DNA from: Stegostoma tigrinum
Lineage: Eukaryota
Assembly (NCBI RefSeq): GCF_030684315.1
Contig: NC_081355.1
Location: 136,581,178 to 136,645,177, forward strand
Direction: 5' to 3'
DNA length: 64,000 nucleotides
Every line of letters begins with the position of its first letter. The first letter of the stretch is position 1. Positions 38,332 through 51,699 of the stretch are shown in pieces. The notes beneath the pieces were generated by a model. That model ran no database searches, was not told the DNA's origin, and was given only the letters and a program-made list of their open reading frames with translations. A program made the translations under genes and the position numbers.

Positions 38332-38337
38332 AATAAA
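38332..38337 (+). terminator. Candidate IDI1 polyadenylation signal
   Basis: First AATAAA, 105 nt after the stop codon. Confidence 0.45.
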
Positions 38338-39534
38338 ATGAAGTTTGAGCTCATTTAAGTGAGCACCATAACTTCAGCCAGCACATATTATATTTATCAC
38401 TTGGGAATTAGAATCACTGTCTAATGTTAACTGTTAAACCAGTTTTTTTTAAAAAAGCAAATCATGTATATATTGTAATTCTGGCAGGTATTGTTTCAAA
38501 GTTTACTAGCTTCGCTGTCTCCATATCACCACTATTTTTAGAGGATTCAAATGGCGGAGGTTGGAGAGTAGAAGTAGAGATCATGGTGTGCAGTCAATTT
38601 AAAGTTAATTCTAATTGGCTCCGAGTGCGTGTTTCTTTCCACAAATGTTTAATGTTGTTGCAGTTCCTTTAACTTTAGATGGAGTAAATCAAGTTCACCT
38701 CCATCACTGAGTAGCTATCCGAATCTGAATCCTTATCTTTAATTATGAGAACTTTTTCATAGTTCAGTCTTTCAGTAGTATCAAGTCCACATACGAACAA
38801 ATCACATTTTTGTGTATTTGAAGACAATCAGGGGAAATGATTGGATAATTCAACTACATAAACAGTGCCATTGTACAGCAAAGTATAAAGTTCAGAACAT
38901 CAATGGAACCCTTTACCAGAATATTATTGGAATCTTTGAGGATATAAAATTAAAGGGAGATTTTGCTAGATCTACATTTCAGTCCCCAGTTGAGCAAATT
39001 CAGTGTTTCTGCCAGGATCCTTAGGCAGGGACTCGAGAATGTAGTAAAGGTTATGAAGCCGTAACTGCAATACTGTGTTTTGCATGACCTGCAGAAGTGT
39101 TGTTGCCTCAGTAATTTTCCATTTAAATAGTTTGATATCAGCCATGAGATTAACATATTGCTTATCAGTATTCCTTTTGGCTGGATGAATATGTTGGAGG
39201 GCAAAGAAATGCCAAAACAAAAACTGGTACTACAAGATGACTTGTAGCCCAACTTCTTATTTCAGATGGAATGTTTACATCTTTCAGAATTTGAAAGCTG
39301 GTCTTCTCTTTACACTTTTAAAAACATAATGTTGGAAAATATGCAGAATTTAGATAAAACAATGAGTGAAAACACTGAGAAATTAGTGTATTATCAGTTA
39401 ACGAATAATTGATTTTTCTCCAGTGAACGCTTACTTTTCACTTTTAAGCTGTTCCGAGGTGTTGTGGAGTGAGTGAAGTACTCAAAAGCAGTCAATCTTG
39501 TAGAACTCTAGCACCAAAATCTATTACCTGATAG

Positions 39535-39840
39535 CTCCCAGGTGGTACAAGGGTTAGTATCACAGCACCAGGGACACTGCCAGGTTCAATTCTACCAACG
39601 GACGACTGTGAGGGTTTCTGCCAGGTGCTCCAGTTTTCTCCCCAGTCCAAAAAGGTATGGGTTATGTGGATTGCTGTGCTGAATTGTTCCGTAGTGTCTG
39701 GGCTACATGGTAGCGATGGAAAAGGTGGGAATGTGTGAAGGGGAACTGGGGAACCTCGGTCTCGTTGGAATTGTCTTCAGTGGATTGGTGCAGACTCGGT
39801 GGACCAAATTGTCTCTCTCTCCACTAGGTATTCTATGATT
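39535..39840 (+). mobile_element. V-SINE/HE1-like SINE
   Basis: tRNA-like head (GGTGGTACAAGGGTTAG...GGTTCAATTC), a central GGGTTTCTGCCAGGTGCTCCAGTTTTCTCCCCAGTCCAAA, and a CR1-like tail ending CTATGATT. Confidence 0.7.
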
Positions 39841-40034
39841 ATTTGTTTCAATTACATGGGTCAACCTTGAAAGAACTTAAATATTCTTCAAACAGTTACA
39901 GGAGATCTGAGAAAATATCCCTGTAATTGTGCAACACTCTCTCAAAACTGAAGTACCAACATAAATTGAGATGCTGGAACAGAACATGAATGCACCAACA
40001 TCTGAAACAAGCTGACACTGAAATTGACTATTAG

Positions 40035-40465
40035 GGGAGGCAGTGGCCGAATGGTATTACTGCTGTACTGCCAATTCAGAAAGCCAGATAACATTTTTGG
40101 GGACCTGGGTTTGTATCCCACCATGGCAAGTATTGGAATTTGAATTGAATAAATGTCTGGAATTAAGAGTCTAATGTTCTGGAGATAAATGTTCAAACAC
40201 TGCCAGGGCAGATGGTGTAATTTGATTCCACGAAAAATCTAGATGGTAACAAATCTAAAGATGACCATGAATCCATTGTTGATTGTCAGAGAAACCCATT
40301 CTGGTTCCCTAATGTCCTTTAGGGAAGGAAACTGCCATCCTTACCTGGTCTGGCCTACATTTGACACCAGACCTATGGCACTGTGGTTGACTCATAACTG
40401 CCTGATGGGTAATAAATGCTGCCAAGCCAGTGATGCCCTCATCCTGTGAATGAATTTTAAAAAAA
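40035..40465 (+). mobile_element. tRNA-derived SINE (family of 4745-5072) with internal duplication
   Basis: Head GGGAGGCAGTGGCCGAATGGTATTA, the family core, and an A tail. Confidence 0.8.
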
Positions 40466-40494
40466 ACTCAAATAATTCCATGCATTGTTAACAC

Positions 40495-41045
40495 ATAGAA
40501 AGCGGAGTGTCAGCCCTGCAAGCCTGTTCCGTCAGTCAATGAGATCAGTGATCTGTGGCCAAACTCGACATACCTTGTTTTGGCCCATAAACCTGAATAC
40601 CATTGCTTAACAAAACAAATATTATATTTAAAACAACTGATTGCATTCACTTGTTTGTGGGAGTGTTCGAAACTTCTCCCTACCACCGTGTATAGAAGTG
40701 CTTTGTAACATCTCTCCCGAACGGTCTGGCACTAATTCACAGACTATGTGTCCAATTCTAAAATTCCTAATCAGTGCAAACAGGGTAGATAATACTATCT
40801 CTTGTTAATATCTTGAAAACTTTGATTGGATCACCCCTTAACCTTATAAAAGCAGGCCTAATTTGTGTAATCTCTCCACAGAACCCGTGAAGTCCAGGTA
40901 TCATTGTTGCAAACTTGTGTTGTATTCCCACCAAAGCCAATATATGCTTCCTAAGGTGTGTGAACTGCACATGGTACTCCAAATGGGGTTTTGCATAACA
41001 GCAGCATAACCGCTGCATCCTTATACTCCATTCCATTAGCTTTCC
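40495..41045 (-). mobile_element. Old CR1 3' fragment
   Basis: 'KPHLEYHVQF...HILALVGIQHKFATMIPGL...RLRGDPIKVFKIL'. Confidence 0.8.
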
Positions 41046-42488
41046 AGACCTCTCTTTTAACTTCCATTCATCACTTGAACAGTACCAGCTTTCCCAAAAA
41101 GATGAAGTCTCCTAGCAGAAACCAGAGATATCTTGGGTAACTTAAACACGAGGAAAAAGTCAATAAAGAAGGGAAACTTGAAATTTGAGTGACATCTTTA
41201 TTTGAGGGACAGAATGGTGCACGAGCGCGCACATGGGCTAAGACTGAAAAATAGAGTGGGAAGAGAAAAATCTACTGGTTACACAATATCCAAACAAACT
41301 TTCTTCTGTTTGGAAAAAGGGCATGACTGCACATTTTCAGTATCATTACTTGAGTCAAAGGATAATATTTCTTTTAACACTACGAATAAAACACACGTAA
41401 GCTTAATGACCAACACCAATACTATTCATGATTATCTACAGAATTTATCCAGTATTTGTTCTGGAAAAACGTGCATTATTTTAAGAATTATATGTTTTAA
41501 AATGTATTACACATACTTTTTTAAAATAAATTTATGACTTAGATTTTTGGAAATGCACTAAAAAAATCAAACAATTTATCTTAATTTTAAAAGAAAAGGG
41601 CTTTAGCATTTTGGTGCTATCTCATTTCATGTTGCAGAGATCACAAGAGGCAAAATATTTGAGAAAACAAAATGAAATAAGTTAAGTCAAAGCATATAAT
41701 TTTCCTAAAATATAGGAAAAAAAACCCTCCGCAGAGTATAAGGCTTAGTATTTAACTCTCTTCCAGGCATGCCCACCTTGAAGGTGGTTAAGGCTAGATC
41801 TGCTCACAACTTAAACAACACAAAATAATGTACTGTGCAGTTCTAAAACCAGTGGAAGACAAGATATCAAAAATTCTCAAACAATACAAAAACTCTCCTT
41901 AGGTAACAAACAGGACAGCAATGTTAAGAAATTTTAAATGGAAAATACCTGGCATTTCTGGACTCTAGACCAGAGGGAGAGGCAGTCTGGATTACGATAT
42001 GTGCAATTATGAACCAAACATTAAGCCCACTTTTAAACTCAAATCCATTTAATGAACACAAATTACATCTTGTTTACTAATGCAAGAACTGATAATTCCA
42101 TTTACAATGCACATTGCTAAAACTGGATTCAGATAATCAAACTGACGACACCTGCAGATATTTGGCAGCATTCAGCAACTTTTCAAAGTAGGATTTTGTC
42201 AGACCTTCCAAGAGCATACTAATTCAGTTTCGAAAAATGTTTCTTATACATTATTGCTTGAGTTCAGAAACCATATCCTTGAATGAGCAACAAAGCTCAA
42301 ATTTAACATTCAGATTCATTCTTTTCAAAAGTACAATTATATTTTTGACAAGATATTTCCTATGTTCAAAATCTTCTCTCACTCGGTTCTTCTATCATGT
42401 GTAAATCAAGATGCTTTGTAGCTTCTTTTCTGACGGGTTGCAAATTGAACACAGTCCTGCAATTTAGAGCGGGCATCCTCCTTTTAGT

Positions 42489-42641
42489 TCATCGACGGTC
42501 TGTTCTACCCATTTTTCGCTTGCCAGCTAACAGATGCTTTGGTTTAAGATCAAATACGTGTCGGTCAGCCTCTCCTTTCTTTCCCATGCGATTCATGTCC
42601 AGTTGGGAGTTCTTCATCATCTTTTTAACCTTCTTCAACAT
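42489..42641 (-). CDS. GTPBP4: GTP-binding protein 4 (NOG1), last coding exon
   Basis: cttag|[50 protein letters not shown], the conserved NOG1 C-terminus. Confidence 0.96.
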   Translation of the reverse strand: MLKKVKKMMKNSQLDMNRMGKKGEADRHVFDLKPKHLLAGKRKMGRTDRR

Positions 42642-43115
42642 CTAAGCAGAACAAAAATAATTAAAGTAGAAAAAAATGCAGAGACAAGGATGACATTGTG
42701 TTAACAATTTATATTTATACAGCATATTAAATACAAAACATCCTATGGTATTTCACAAGAATATTAAGGCTAAAAAAAATTCCTAGATTTATTAAGAGAT
42801 TAAAGGTGATGACCAAAAGCTTAGTTAAAGAAGTCAAAGATATTTAGAGAAGGAATTCCAGAGCTTAGGGGCAAGGCAACTAAAGGCATGACTACTAACA
42901 GTGGAGTAATTATAATCAGTTCTGCTCGAGACACCAGCATTGGATGATCATAGATTGCTTGGAGGGCTGGGGTATAGTGAATATTACAAATATAGGAAGG
43001 GGTTAGGCCATGGAAGAATCTGAAAACAAATTCTAAGTATTTTAAAAACGTAAGTGTTGCTGGTCAACATCTACTCCAATTCAAGCATGTACAAAAGCAA
43101 TGGAGAAACAAGACC

Positions 43116-45712
43116 ATAACGAGGTGTAGAGCTGGATGAACACAGCAGGTCAAGCAGCATCAGAAGTGCAGGAAGTCTGATGTTTCGGGCCTAGACCCTT
43201 CATCAGAAATGGAAGGGAAGGAGGTTCTGAAATAAATAGGGAGAGAGGGGGAGGCGGATTGAAGATAGACAAAGGAGACGATAGGTGGAGAGGAGACAGA
43301 CAGGTCAAAGAAGCGGTGATGGAGCCATTCAAGGTGAGTGTAAGTGGGGAGTTAGGGAGGAGATAGGTCAATCCAAGGAAGACGGACAGGTCAAGGGGGC
43401 AGGATGAGGTTAGTCGGTTGGAGTTGGGGATGGGGCTTGAAGTGGGAGGAGTAGATAGGTGGGAGGAAGGACAGGTTAGGGAGGCAAGGACAAGCTGGGC
43501 TGGTGTTGGGAAGCGGTAGGTGGACAGGAGATTTTGAAGCTTGTGAAGACCACATTGATACCATTGGGCTACAGGGTTCCCATGTGGCAAATGAGTTGCT
43601 GGTCCTGCAACCTTCAGGTGGCATCGTTGTGGCACTGCAGGAGGACCAGGATGGACATGTCTAAGAAATGGGAGGGCAAGTTGAAATGGTTCGCGACTGG
43701 GAGTTGCAGTTGTTTAGTGCGAACTGAGCGTAGGTGTTCTGCAAATCAGTCCACAAGCCTCCACTTGGTTTCCCCAATGTAGAGGAGGCCACAACAGGAA
43801 CAGTGGATGCAGTATTCCACATTAGCAGAAGTGCAAGTGAATCTCTGCTTGATGTGGAAAGTCTTCTTGGTGCCTGGGATGGGGATGAGGGGGGAGGTGT
43901 AGGGGCGGATGTAGCACTTCTGTGGTTGCAGCGAAAAGTGCCGGGTGTGGTGGGGCTGCAGGGGAGTGTGGGGCAGACAAGGGAGTCACAGAGAGAGTGG
44001 TCTCTCCGGAAAGCAGATAAGGGTGGGGAAAGAAAAATGTCTTTGGTGGTGGGGTTGGATTGCAGATGGCAGAAGAGTCGGAGGAGTGGTACGTGAGGAC
44101 AAGGTGGGATTCTGTTTTGGTTGTTGCAGGGAGTGGGTGTGAGGAATGAGTTGCGGGGAATGCGGGAGACACGGTCGAGGGTGCTCTCGACCACGGAGGG
44201 GGGTTGTTACAGTCCTTGAAAAACAAGGACATCTGAGATATACGGGAGTGGAATGCCTCATCCAGGGAGCAGATGCGGTGGAGGTGAAGGAATTGGGAAT
44301 GGGGATGGCATTTTTACAGGAGGGTGGTTGGGAGGTGGTGTATTCTAGGTAGCTGTGGGAGTCAGTGGGCCGGAAATGGGTGGGGTAGTTGCCAGAGACA
44401 TCCATTTCAAGCCCACTGACTCCCACAGCTACCTAGAATATACTTCCTCCCACCCACCCTCCTGCAAAAATACCATCCCCTGTTCCCAATTCCTTCACCT
44501 CCACTGCATCTGCTTCCAGGATGAGGCATTCCACTCAAATACATCTCAGATATCATCCTCGTTTTTCAAGGACCGCAACATCCCCCGAATCAGTGGTCAA
44601 GAATGCCCGCAACTCATCCCTCACACGCCCTCCCCACAATAACAACCAAAAGAGAATCTCCCTCGTCCTCACGTACCACCCCACCAATATCAGGATCCAA
44701 TGCATCATCCTCCGAGACTTCCGCCATCTGCAATCCGACCCCACAACCAAAGGCATTTTTCTCTCCGCACCCATATCTGCTTTCCAGAAGGACCCGGTCT
44801 CTGTGACTCCCTTGTCTGCTGCACACTCCCCTCCAGCCACACCACACCTGGCACTTTTCCCTGCAACTGCAGGAAGTGCTACACCCACCCCTACACATTC
44901 TCCCACATCCCCATCCCAGGGCCCAAGACGACTTTCCACATCAAGCAGATGTTCACCTGCACATCTGCTAATGTGGTATACTGCATCCGCTGTTCCCGTT
45001 GTGGCCTCCTCTACATTGGGGAAACCAAGCAGGGGCTTGGGGACTGCTTTGCAGAACACCTTTGCTCGGTTTGCACTAAACAACTGCAACTCCCAGTCGC
45101 GAACCATTTCAACTCCCCCTCCTACTCCTCAGACGATTTGTCCATCCTGGGCCTCCTGCAGTACCACAACGACGTCACCCGAAGGTTGCAGGAACAGTAA
45201 CTCATATTCCACTTGGAAACCCTGCAGCCCAATGGTATCAATATGGACTTCACAAGCTTCAAAATCTCCCCTCCCACTACCGCATCCCAAAACCAGCCCA
45301 GCTCTTCCCTGCCTCACTAACTTGTCCTTTCTCCCACCTATCGCCTCCTCCCACCCCAAGCCACACCGCCATCTCCGACTGACTAACCTCATCCTGTCCC
45401 CTTGACCTGTCCATCCTCCCTGGGCTGCCCATCTCCTCTCTACCTCTCCACCTATACTCACCTTTACTGGCTCCATCCCCACTTCTTCGACATGTCTGTC
45501 TCCTCTCCACCTATCTTCTCCTTTATCCATCTTCTATCCACCTATCTCCCTATTTACTTCAGAATCCCCATCCCCTCCCCCATTTCTGATGAAGGGCCTA
45601 GGCTCAAAATGTCAGCCCTCCTGCAGCTCTGATGCTGCTTGGCTTGCTGTGTTCATCATGCTCTACATCTTGTTATCTCAGATTCTCCGGCATCTGCAGT
45701 TGCTACTATCTC
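43116..45712. mobile_element. Older fold-back Penelope-like (Neptune-like) insertion with ~1.27-kb inverted arms
   Basis: Arms ~43116-44382 and ~44399-45676 both start at 'F(K/R)PTDSHSYLEYT'. They encode 'FPCNCRKCYT...NVVYCIRCSRCGLLYIGETK'. The tail runs to 45712. The TSD TGGA(G/T)AAACAA is at 43101-43111 and 45713-45723. Confidence 0.9.
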
Positions 45713-46810
45713 TGGATAAACAAAAGAATTAGGAATATGAGAAGACTCATCACCTTCAGCCTGCTCAACTAATCAGGTCGACCTGATTGTAGCTGTAATT
45801 CTGCATTTCCACCTATTCCCGATATCCTTTCATGCGCTTACTTAACAAGAATCTACTTTGTATTAAAAAATTTCATGGATTTTGCTTCCATGACCTTTTC
45901 AGGTGTAGTGTTTCCAAGGGCTCATGACCCTCAGAGAAAATAATTAGCCTCAATGTTTTAAATCGGCAATTCTTGACTTTTAAACAGTAGTTCTAAATTC
46001 TCCCATAAGAAGAAAGATCATTTCCACATCCAACCTGTCAAGATCCCTTAGAATCTTTTATCTTTTAATCAGGCCACCTCTTCAAAACACAATAAACAGA
46101 AGATCATTCTGCCCCTTTAATCCGTTCTGCCATTCAACATCACCACTGACCACCATTTATACTCCCATTCTCTCCCTATATTCATCCAGAAACCTATCAA
46201 TTTATTTCCTAATAATATTCAATGCTTGTTCTCCACATTCTTCTGTGATACAAAATTCCACTCCTCACTGAAGTAATTTTTCCTCATCTCATTACTGCCT
46301 ACTGGGCATCCAGAGACAACAGTCCTTGGTTCGAGGACACCCTTCCTCCACCACCAAACACACCCCCCATCCCAAAATCCCTATCCCTTCTATTCCATAG
46401 CTCTATCATTGCTCACAAGCCTGTTGTATAGCACTTGTCACGATACCCTCCATTACTTCCTCAAAGACTCAAGAAAATGAGTTAAATTTAAGAATATAAG
46501 AAACAAGAGGATTTGGATCTAGCTAACAGACATCAGCTTCCCAAACCTTTGTTTTCCTTCCAAAGACAACAAAAACAAGTGTGCCAGTTTTATACAAGTA
46601 AATCATCTCAAATTTTATCAAGGGATGTTAAAAGCAGAAAGTTCCCAAATGATCAAATTTCTATTAGGGAAATATACGCAAAATTATTGAGTCTGTTTGC
46701 AACGGTCATCAATGTTTTTGTATATGTGGAATTGAGATGAATTACAGCATATTAAAAAAAAATCAAAAATGTATCAATGAAAACAAGTCTAATGTGTATT
46801 AGGAACAAAC

Positions 46811-46954
46811 CTTTTCATCACGCACACCAGAAAGATCACGTGGAGTGCGCGAAGTACTCCGAATGCGGACTTTAGATGTTGGTGGTTGAGATTCCTCACG
46901 TTTACGTTTTCTGGTGACACTTCTAGATCGTCGAGCTTGCACAGCATAGTGTGC
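46811..46954 (-). CDS. GTPBP4: GTPBP4 penultimate exon
   Basis: tttag|AHYAVQARRSRSVTRKRKREESQPPTSKVRIRSTSRTPRDLSGVRDEK|gtttgt; 144 nt. Confidence 0.95.
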
Positions 46955-47956
46955 CTAAACAATGTGAGGACAAGGTAGAATTTATATTTAAACATTGATC
47001 ATTTTGAAAGATATGATAATTCAATGCATTTAAAAACTTAAAGCTGTTAACACCATTACATTTTCAATACACAATTTAAAAATGTAAATTTGTCATTACT
47101 TCCAAGGAAGGGCAGTTTATAATCAAATGATTGCATTTCAAAACTGCATAAAAATGCCCCCACTGAAAATTTTCTCCCAATGCTCTGAAAGCCTATTATT
47201 GAGGCTTAATAGTAACATATTTGACTATGAGAGGATAATCTTTTGAAGAACAGCTAGGAAAATTCATAATTCCTGCAGACCTGTCCATAACTGACCTTGC
47301 AAAAAATGCCCAAATTTAGCAATCAGACCACGCAATTAGAAACCAAGTATACAAGCCAACATTATACAGTGCCATATCACTCATGCTTAATTCAAAGCAA
47401 TCAGCCAATTTTGTAATTTCATTATTTATGACATAACTTCAGTCCAATTTCAAGGTACCCTTTCGAAAGTTGCCACAAACCAACAGGGAATAATTCCCCC
47501 ATGATTTGGGAGGAAACATCTGCGTGATTCAACAGCACCTTACATCAACTGCTGGGAAGTGCATCTTAGTGGTTGGACCATATGGCTGAGGTGGGGAAAG
47601 AATAAAAGGAAAAGATTCATTTATTTATTTTCCTCCTGTCTTCTTTGGAAGGAGCACCCATTTTCCACAAAGCATCACAACAAGCACCCAGCAATACAAT
47701 GAAAACAAATATATACATTGGTCCTAGGCCACAGCCAACACTGTTTTCTCTTTTTGAACTGAACCATTCAACATTAAGCAAAACAAAAAACTGTAGATGC
47801 TGGAAATCTTAAACAAAAACAGAAATTTCTGGAAAAGAAAAATCAGCAGGTCTGGTAGCATCTGTAGAAAAAAAAGCAGAGTTAACCTTTGAGGTCCAGT
47901 GGCCCTTCATCAAAATGCCACAATTTTAGGTAATATTCAGTTTTAAAAAACCTTAC

Positions 47957-48022
47957 ATCATCTTTGTCATCCATATCTAAGCCAAGCGATCCCATTTCCT
48001 TTTCCAAAGTTTTTCGTTCAAT
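47957..48022 (-). CDS. GTPBP4: GTPBP4 exon
   Basis: tacag|IERKTLEKEMGSLGLDMDDKDD|gtaagg; 66 nt. Confidence 0.95.
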
Positions 48023-48245
48023 CTGTAAAAACAGAAAAATGCTAGTACGTTTGCTTTCAAATTTCTGGAAGAAGGTTCTGCCTTCTCATCCAATGTATTC
48101 ATCAGCATTAACGCTTACGATAAGCAAAATAATAATTATAATGGTCAAAGAAACATGTAATGCATCTTTGCAAAACAATTCAGAATTCTACTATCCATCA
48201 TAACTGGATTGTTTCCTCAAACATATTCAAGGGCAAAACGTTATG

Positions 48246-48562
48246 GAGGTTGGCTCGCCGAGCTCGTCTGTTGTTCCGTGGATGTTTCGTTACTGTGCTA
48301 GGTAACATCCTCAGTGCAGCCTCTGATCAAGCGTTGACCGCATATACATTCCACTATGAAGGAAACCCATTAAGTGAGGCAATCCATCGCAATGGACCCC
48401 AGAGTTTAAAAACCTGGCAGGAAAACACACCGACGCTTCATCAGAGGCTGCACTGAGGATGTTAACAAGCCCAGTAACAAAACGTCTGCAGAACAACAAA
48501 CCAGCTCAGCTAGCCAACGAACCTCAACACCCACAACCTGAGCTACAGATCTACTCCAAAAC
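48246..48562. mobile_element. Miniature palindromic PLE-derived element with two hammerhead motifs
   Basis: Arms of ~90 bp (48246-48336 and 48432-48526) plus a ~36-nt tail. The termini resemble the 3' end of the PLE at 20353. Confidence 0.75.
48448..48491 (+). ncRNA. Minimal hammerhead ribozyme motif (G12-to-A decayed copy)
   Basis: CTGCA-CTGAGGA-T-GTTAAC aagccca GTAAC-AAAA-CG-TC-TGCAG, with a perfect 5-bp stem I. The mirror copy at 48276-48319(-) keeps GAAA and a perfect GTTAC/GTAAC stem II. Confidence 0.7.
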
Positions 48563-48994
48563 CTTAGAAACTTACGGGCGCAACATGCTCAAACTGGCAA
48601 AGAAATGGGAAAATTATGTTGATTATCTCCATTGATTATTAAGTGGTACATATTTAAAATTCAAAACTACGTGGAATTTATTTCATGTTGGCATGCTCAC
48701 TTGGAAAGATTGCAAGTATGACAAGAGGAGGGAACACTCGTGGGTTTTTACCCACATGTGGATCATGGCTATCAGTACAAAGCGATTGCGGATCCTAATC
48801 CAGGTAAGAAGTTTGGAGCAACAATTCCACTTGCCCTGTAAACTTAGAAGACCACAAGAATTACCTGAGGTGGGAGAAGTGAAGGTGATCACCAATATGC
48901 TGACACACTGGAATAGACCATAAACCTCAAAATTAAGTTTAAGTTATTGAACAAGAACCTATTCTTGAAAACAGAACACACAAAATGTACCAAC

Positions 48995-49195
48995 CTTTTT
49001 AGCAGTTCTTGGCATCTTGGGACCCTTTTTTGTTTGTTTCTCTCTGGATATCAAGATTTGCATTTTTTTCTTTTCTCTGATTTGACTGGCCAACTTCCTA
49101 ATGTCTTTCATTTCTTCATCCTCACTCTCAGAATCTGAATCATATTCACCTGCCATTTGTTTCAATTCTTCTTCTTTTTCAAGCTGTTGCAATTT
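48995..49195 (-). CDS. GTPBP4: GTPBP4 exon
   Basis: tttag|[44 protein letters not shown]...[10 protein letters not shown]|gttggt; 201 nt. Confidence 0.96.
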
Positions 49196-49539
49196 CTAAA
49201 AGATGCATTTACAATTTTTTTTTAAAATCAGACACCAAATCCTAAATAGCAGATAGAGAGCCGATGCACATTAATATTACATTAAAATGCTCTTTTGAAA
49301 TTAAAAAATTGCATTTGAAATCACTAGGCATTTGCAACCATGTGTACTTGACTCCTCAAAACCAAGGTGGCTAATTTAAACCATATTCTAAGGACAATTC
49401 AACAAATAGTTACATAAGCAGTTTGACTTGCTACATAACGACATTCAGAGAATGCTGTGCAGAAAACCACATATCAGTGGTGGATAAGTTGGTGGGGGGG
49501 GGGGGGGGTGGATTCTGACGGACAGGATTTGGAGCATCT

Positions 49540-51235
49540 GGAAAGGCAAAGCCAACGTAGCTTTGCTCGTGGAAAATCGTGTCTCATGCAATTAAATGAG
49601 TTTTTGAAGAAGCGGCATAGAAGATTGATGAAAGCAGAGCATGTGACTTCTGTATGGACTTCAAAACATTTGCTAATGTTCTGAATTATTTGGTTGGATA
49701 AAGTGGGATCCAGGGGGAGCTAACCAACTGCATACAAAATTGGCTTGAAGGTAGGAGTCAGAGGGTGGTGCTAGAGGATTGCTCTGCAAGCTGGATGCCT
49801 GTGACCAGCGGTGTGCCACAAGCATCAGTGCAGGGTCCACTGCTTTTTGGCATTTATATAAATAATTTTGATGTGAATATTGGAGGCATGGTTCATAGGT
49901 TTGCAAATGACACCTAAATTGGTGTTGTAGCGGACAGTGAAGATTATCTCAGAATACAATGGGACCTTAATCAATGGGGTAATGGACCAAGAAGAGGTAG
50001 ATGGAGTCTGATTTAGACAATGTGAGGAGTTGCATTTTGGTAAGGCAAACGGGGGGGCAGGACGTGGGCAGTTAATAATGGTCCTGGTGAGTGCTGCCAA
50101 ACAAAGAGACCTAGGGGTGCAGGCGCATAGATCCTCAAAGTCAAGTTGTAGATAAACAGCGTGGTGAAGAAAGCACCACACAACCAGCCCAGCCCTTCCC
50201 CCCCACCCACTGCATCCCAAAACCAGTCCAACCTGTCTCTGCCTCCCTAACCGGTTCTTCCTCTCACCCATCCCTTCCTCCCACCCCAAGCCGCACCCCC
50301 AGCTACCTACTAACCTCATCCCACCTCCTTGACCTGTCCGTCTTCCCTGGACTGACCTATCCCCTCCCTACCTCCCCACCTACACCCTCTCCACCTATCT
50401 TCTTTACTCTCCATCTTCGGTCCGCCTCCCCCTCTCTCCCTATTTATTCCAGTTCCCTCCCCCCATCCCCCTCTCTGATGAAGGGTCCAGGCCCGAAACG
50501 TCAGCTTTTGTGCTCCTGAGATGCTGCTTGGCCTGCTGTGTTCATCCAGCCTCACATTTTATTATCTTGGAATCTCCAGCATCTGCAGTTCCCATTATCT
50601 CTGGTGAAGAAAGCGTTTGGCACGCCTGCCTTCATTAGTCAGAACATTAAGTGTAGGAGTTGGGATGTCAAGTTGCATCTGTATAGGTCATTGGTGGGGC
50701 CAATTTTAGAATACTACGCACAATTCTGGTTATCCTTCTATAGCGAAGATGATGTCAAACTTGAGAGGGTGCAGAAAAGATTTACAAGGATGTTGCTGGG
50801 ACTGGAGGATTGAGTTACAGGGACAGGCTGATTAAGCTGGGACGTTTACTTCCCTGTAGCATTGAAGGCCTTTTCAAAGATTATAAAAATCATGAGGGGC
50901 ATGAATAGGATGAATTGCCAAAGTCTTTTTGCTAGGGTGGGGAGTCCAAAACTAGATGGCATAGATTTAAGTTAAGAAGGTAATGATTTACAAGGGATCT
51001 GAAGGGTAACTTTCTCACATAGACGGTGGTGCTTGTATGGAGTAAGCTGCCAGAACAAGTGGTGGAGGCAGGTACAATTACAACATTTAAGGGTCATCTG
51101 GATGGGTATATGAATATGAATGGTTAGAGGGACATGCACCAACTGCTGGCAAATTGGACCTGGTCGGGTTGGGATACCCGGGTCAGCACGGACAAGTTGG
51201 AGTAGAGGGTCTGTTTCCGTGCTGTGTGACTCTAT
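49540..51235 (+). mobile_element. Degenerate CR1 LINE
   Basis: 'SFARGKSCLMQLNEF' and 'LVGPILEYYAQFW...LERVQKRFTRML'. Confidence 0.85.
50175..50601 (+). mobile_element. Young Penelope-like 3' fragment with hammerhead motif (50473-50504), nested in CR1
   Basis: Nearly identical to 27535-27960. The 13-bp TSD TGGTGAAGAAAGC is at 50162-50174 and 50602-50614. Confidence 0.92.
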
Positions 51236-51373
51236 ACACCACAGTTTACAGGAAAATAATGCTGTGCTGGCGTCTTTGTTAAGTCTAGAAAATTACTCTC
51301 TCAGTAATGTTTAGATACCTGGCAAAAGACAAAACCATTAACATTATAAAGGTAGACTATAACCCTAACTCAC

Positions 51374-51474
51374 CTGCATAATTTCAGGATCGATGTAATC
51401 AGCTATGTTGTGACCTTCCCATATTTCGGGAATCAGATCTTGCTTCTCAGACTCATTCATTAGATCCCAGTGTT
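51374..51474 (-). CDS. GTPBP4: GTPBP4 exon (most 5' exon found in this copy)
   Basis: ctttag|[35 protein letters not shown]|gtgagt; the NOG1 C-terminal domain motif [15 protein letters not shown]. Confidence 0.96.
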
Positions 51475-51699
51475 CTAAAGAATGAACAGATGTTACTTAC
51501 TGAGATGTAAATATTTGATATTTTAGCAGCAAAATTACCACAGAAATATTATCGGTGAGTAAACAAATCAAATGCTCAAACTCCAGTCATGTGGTTGCAG
51601 TGGGAGAGAGACTCACTGAGTTCTCTTCAGAAAGAGAAGGAAAACTTCAAGGTGGACATCTTTAGAAAAAACTTCGCAGAATGGTTTTCATTGACTCGG

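Noticed and set aside
41197-41202. Minus-strand AATAAA as the GTPBP4 polyA signal
   Set aside because: One of several candidates in an AT-rich 3' region; cannot choose without transcript data.
51490-51540. Minus-strand GTAAGT donor-like site as the missing GTPBP4 exon
   Set aside because: Only about 25 nt from the next acceptor, and the upstream sequence does not encode GTPBP4-like residues.
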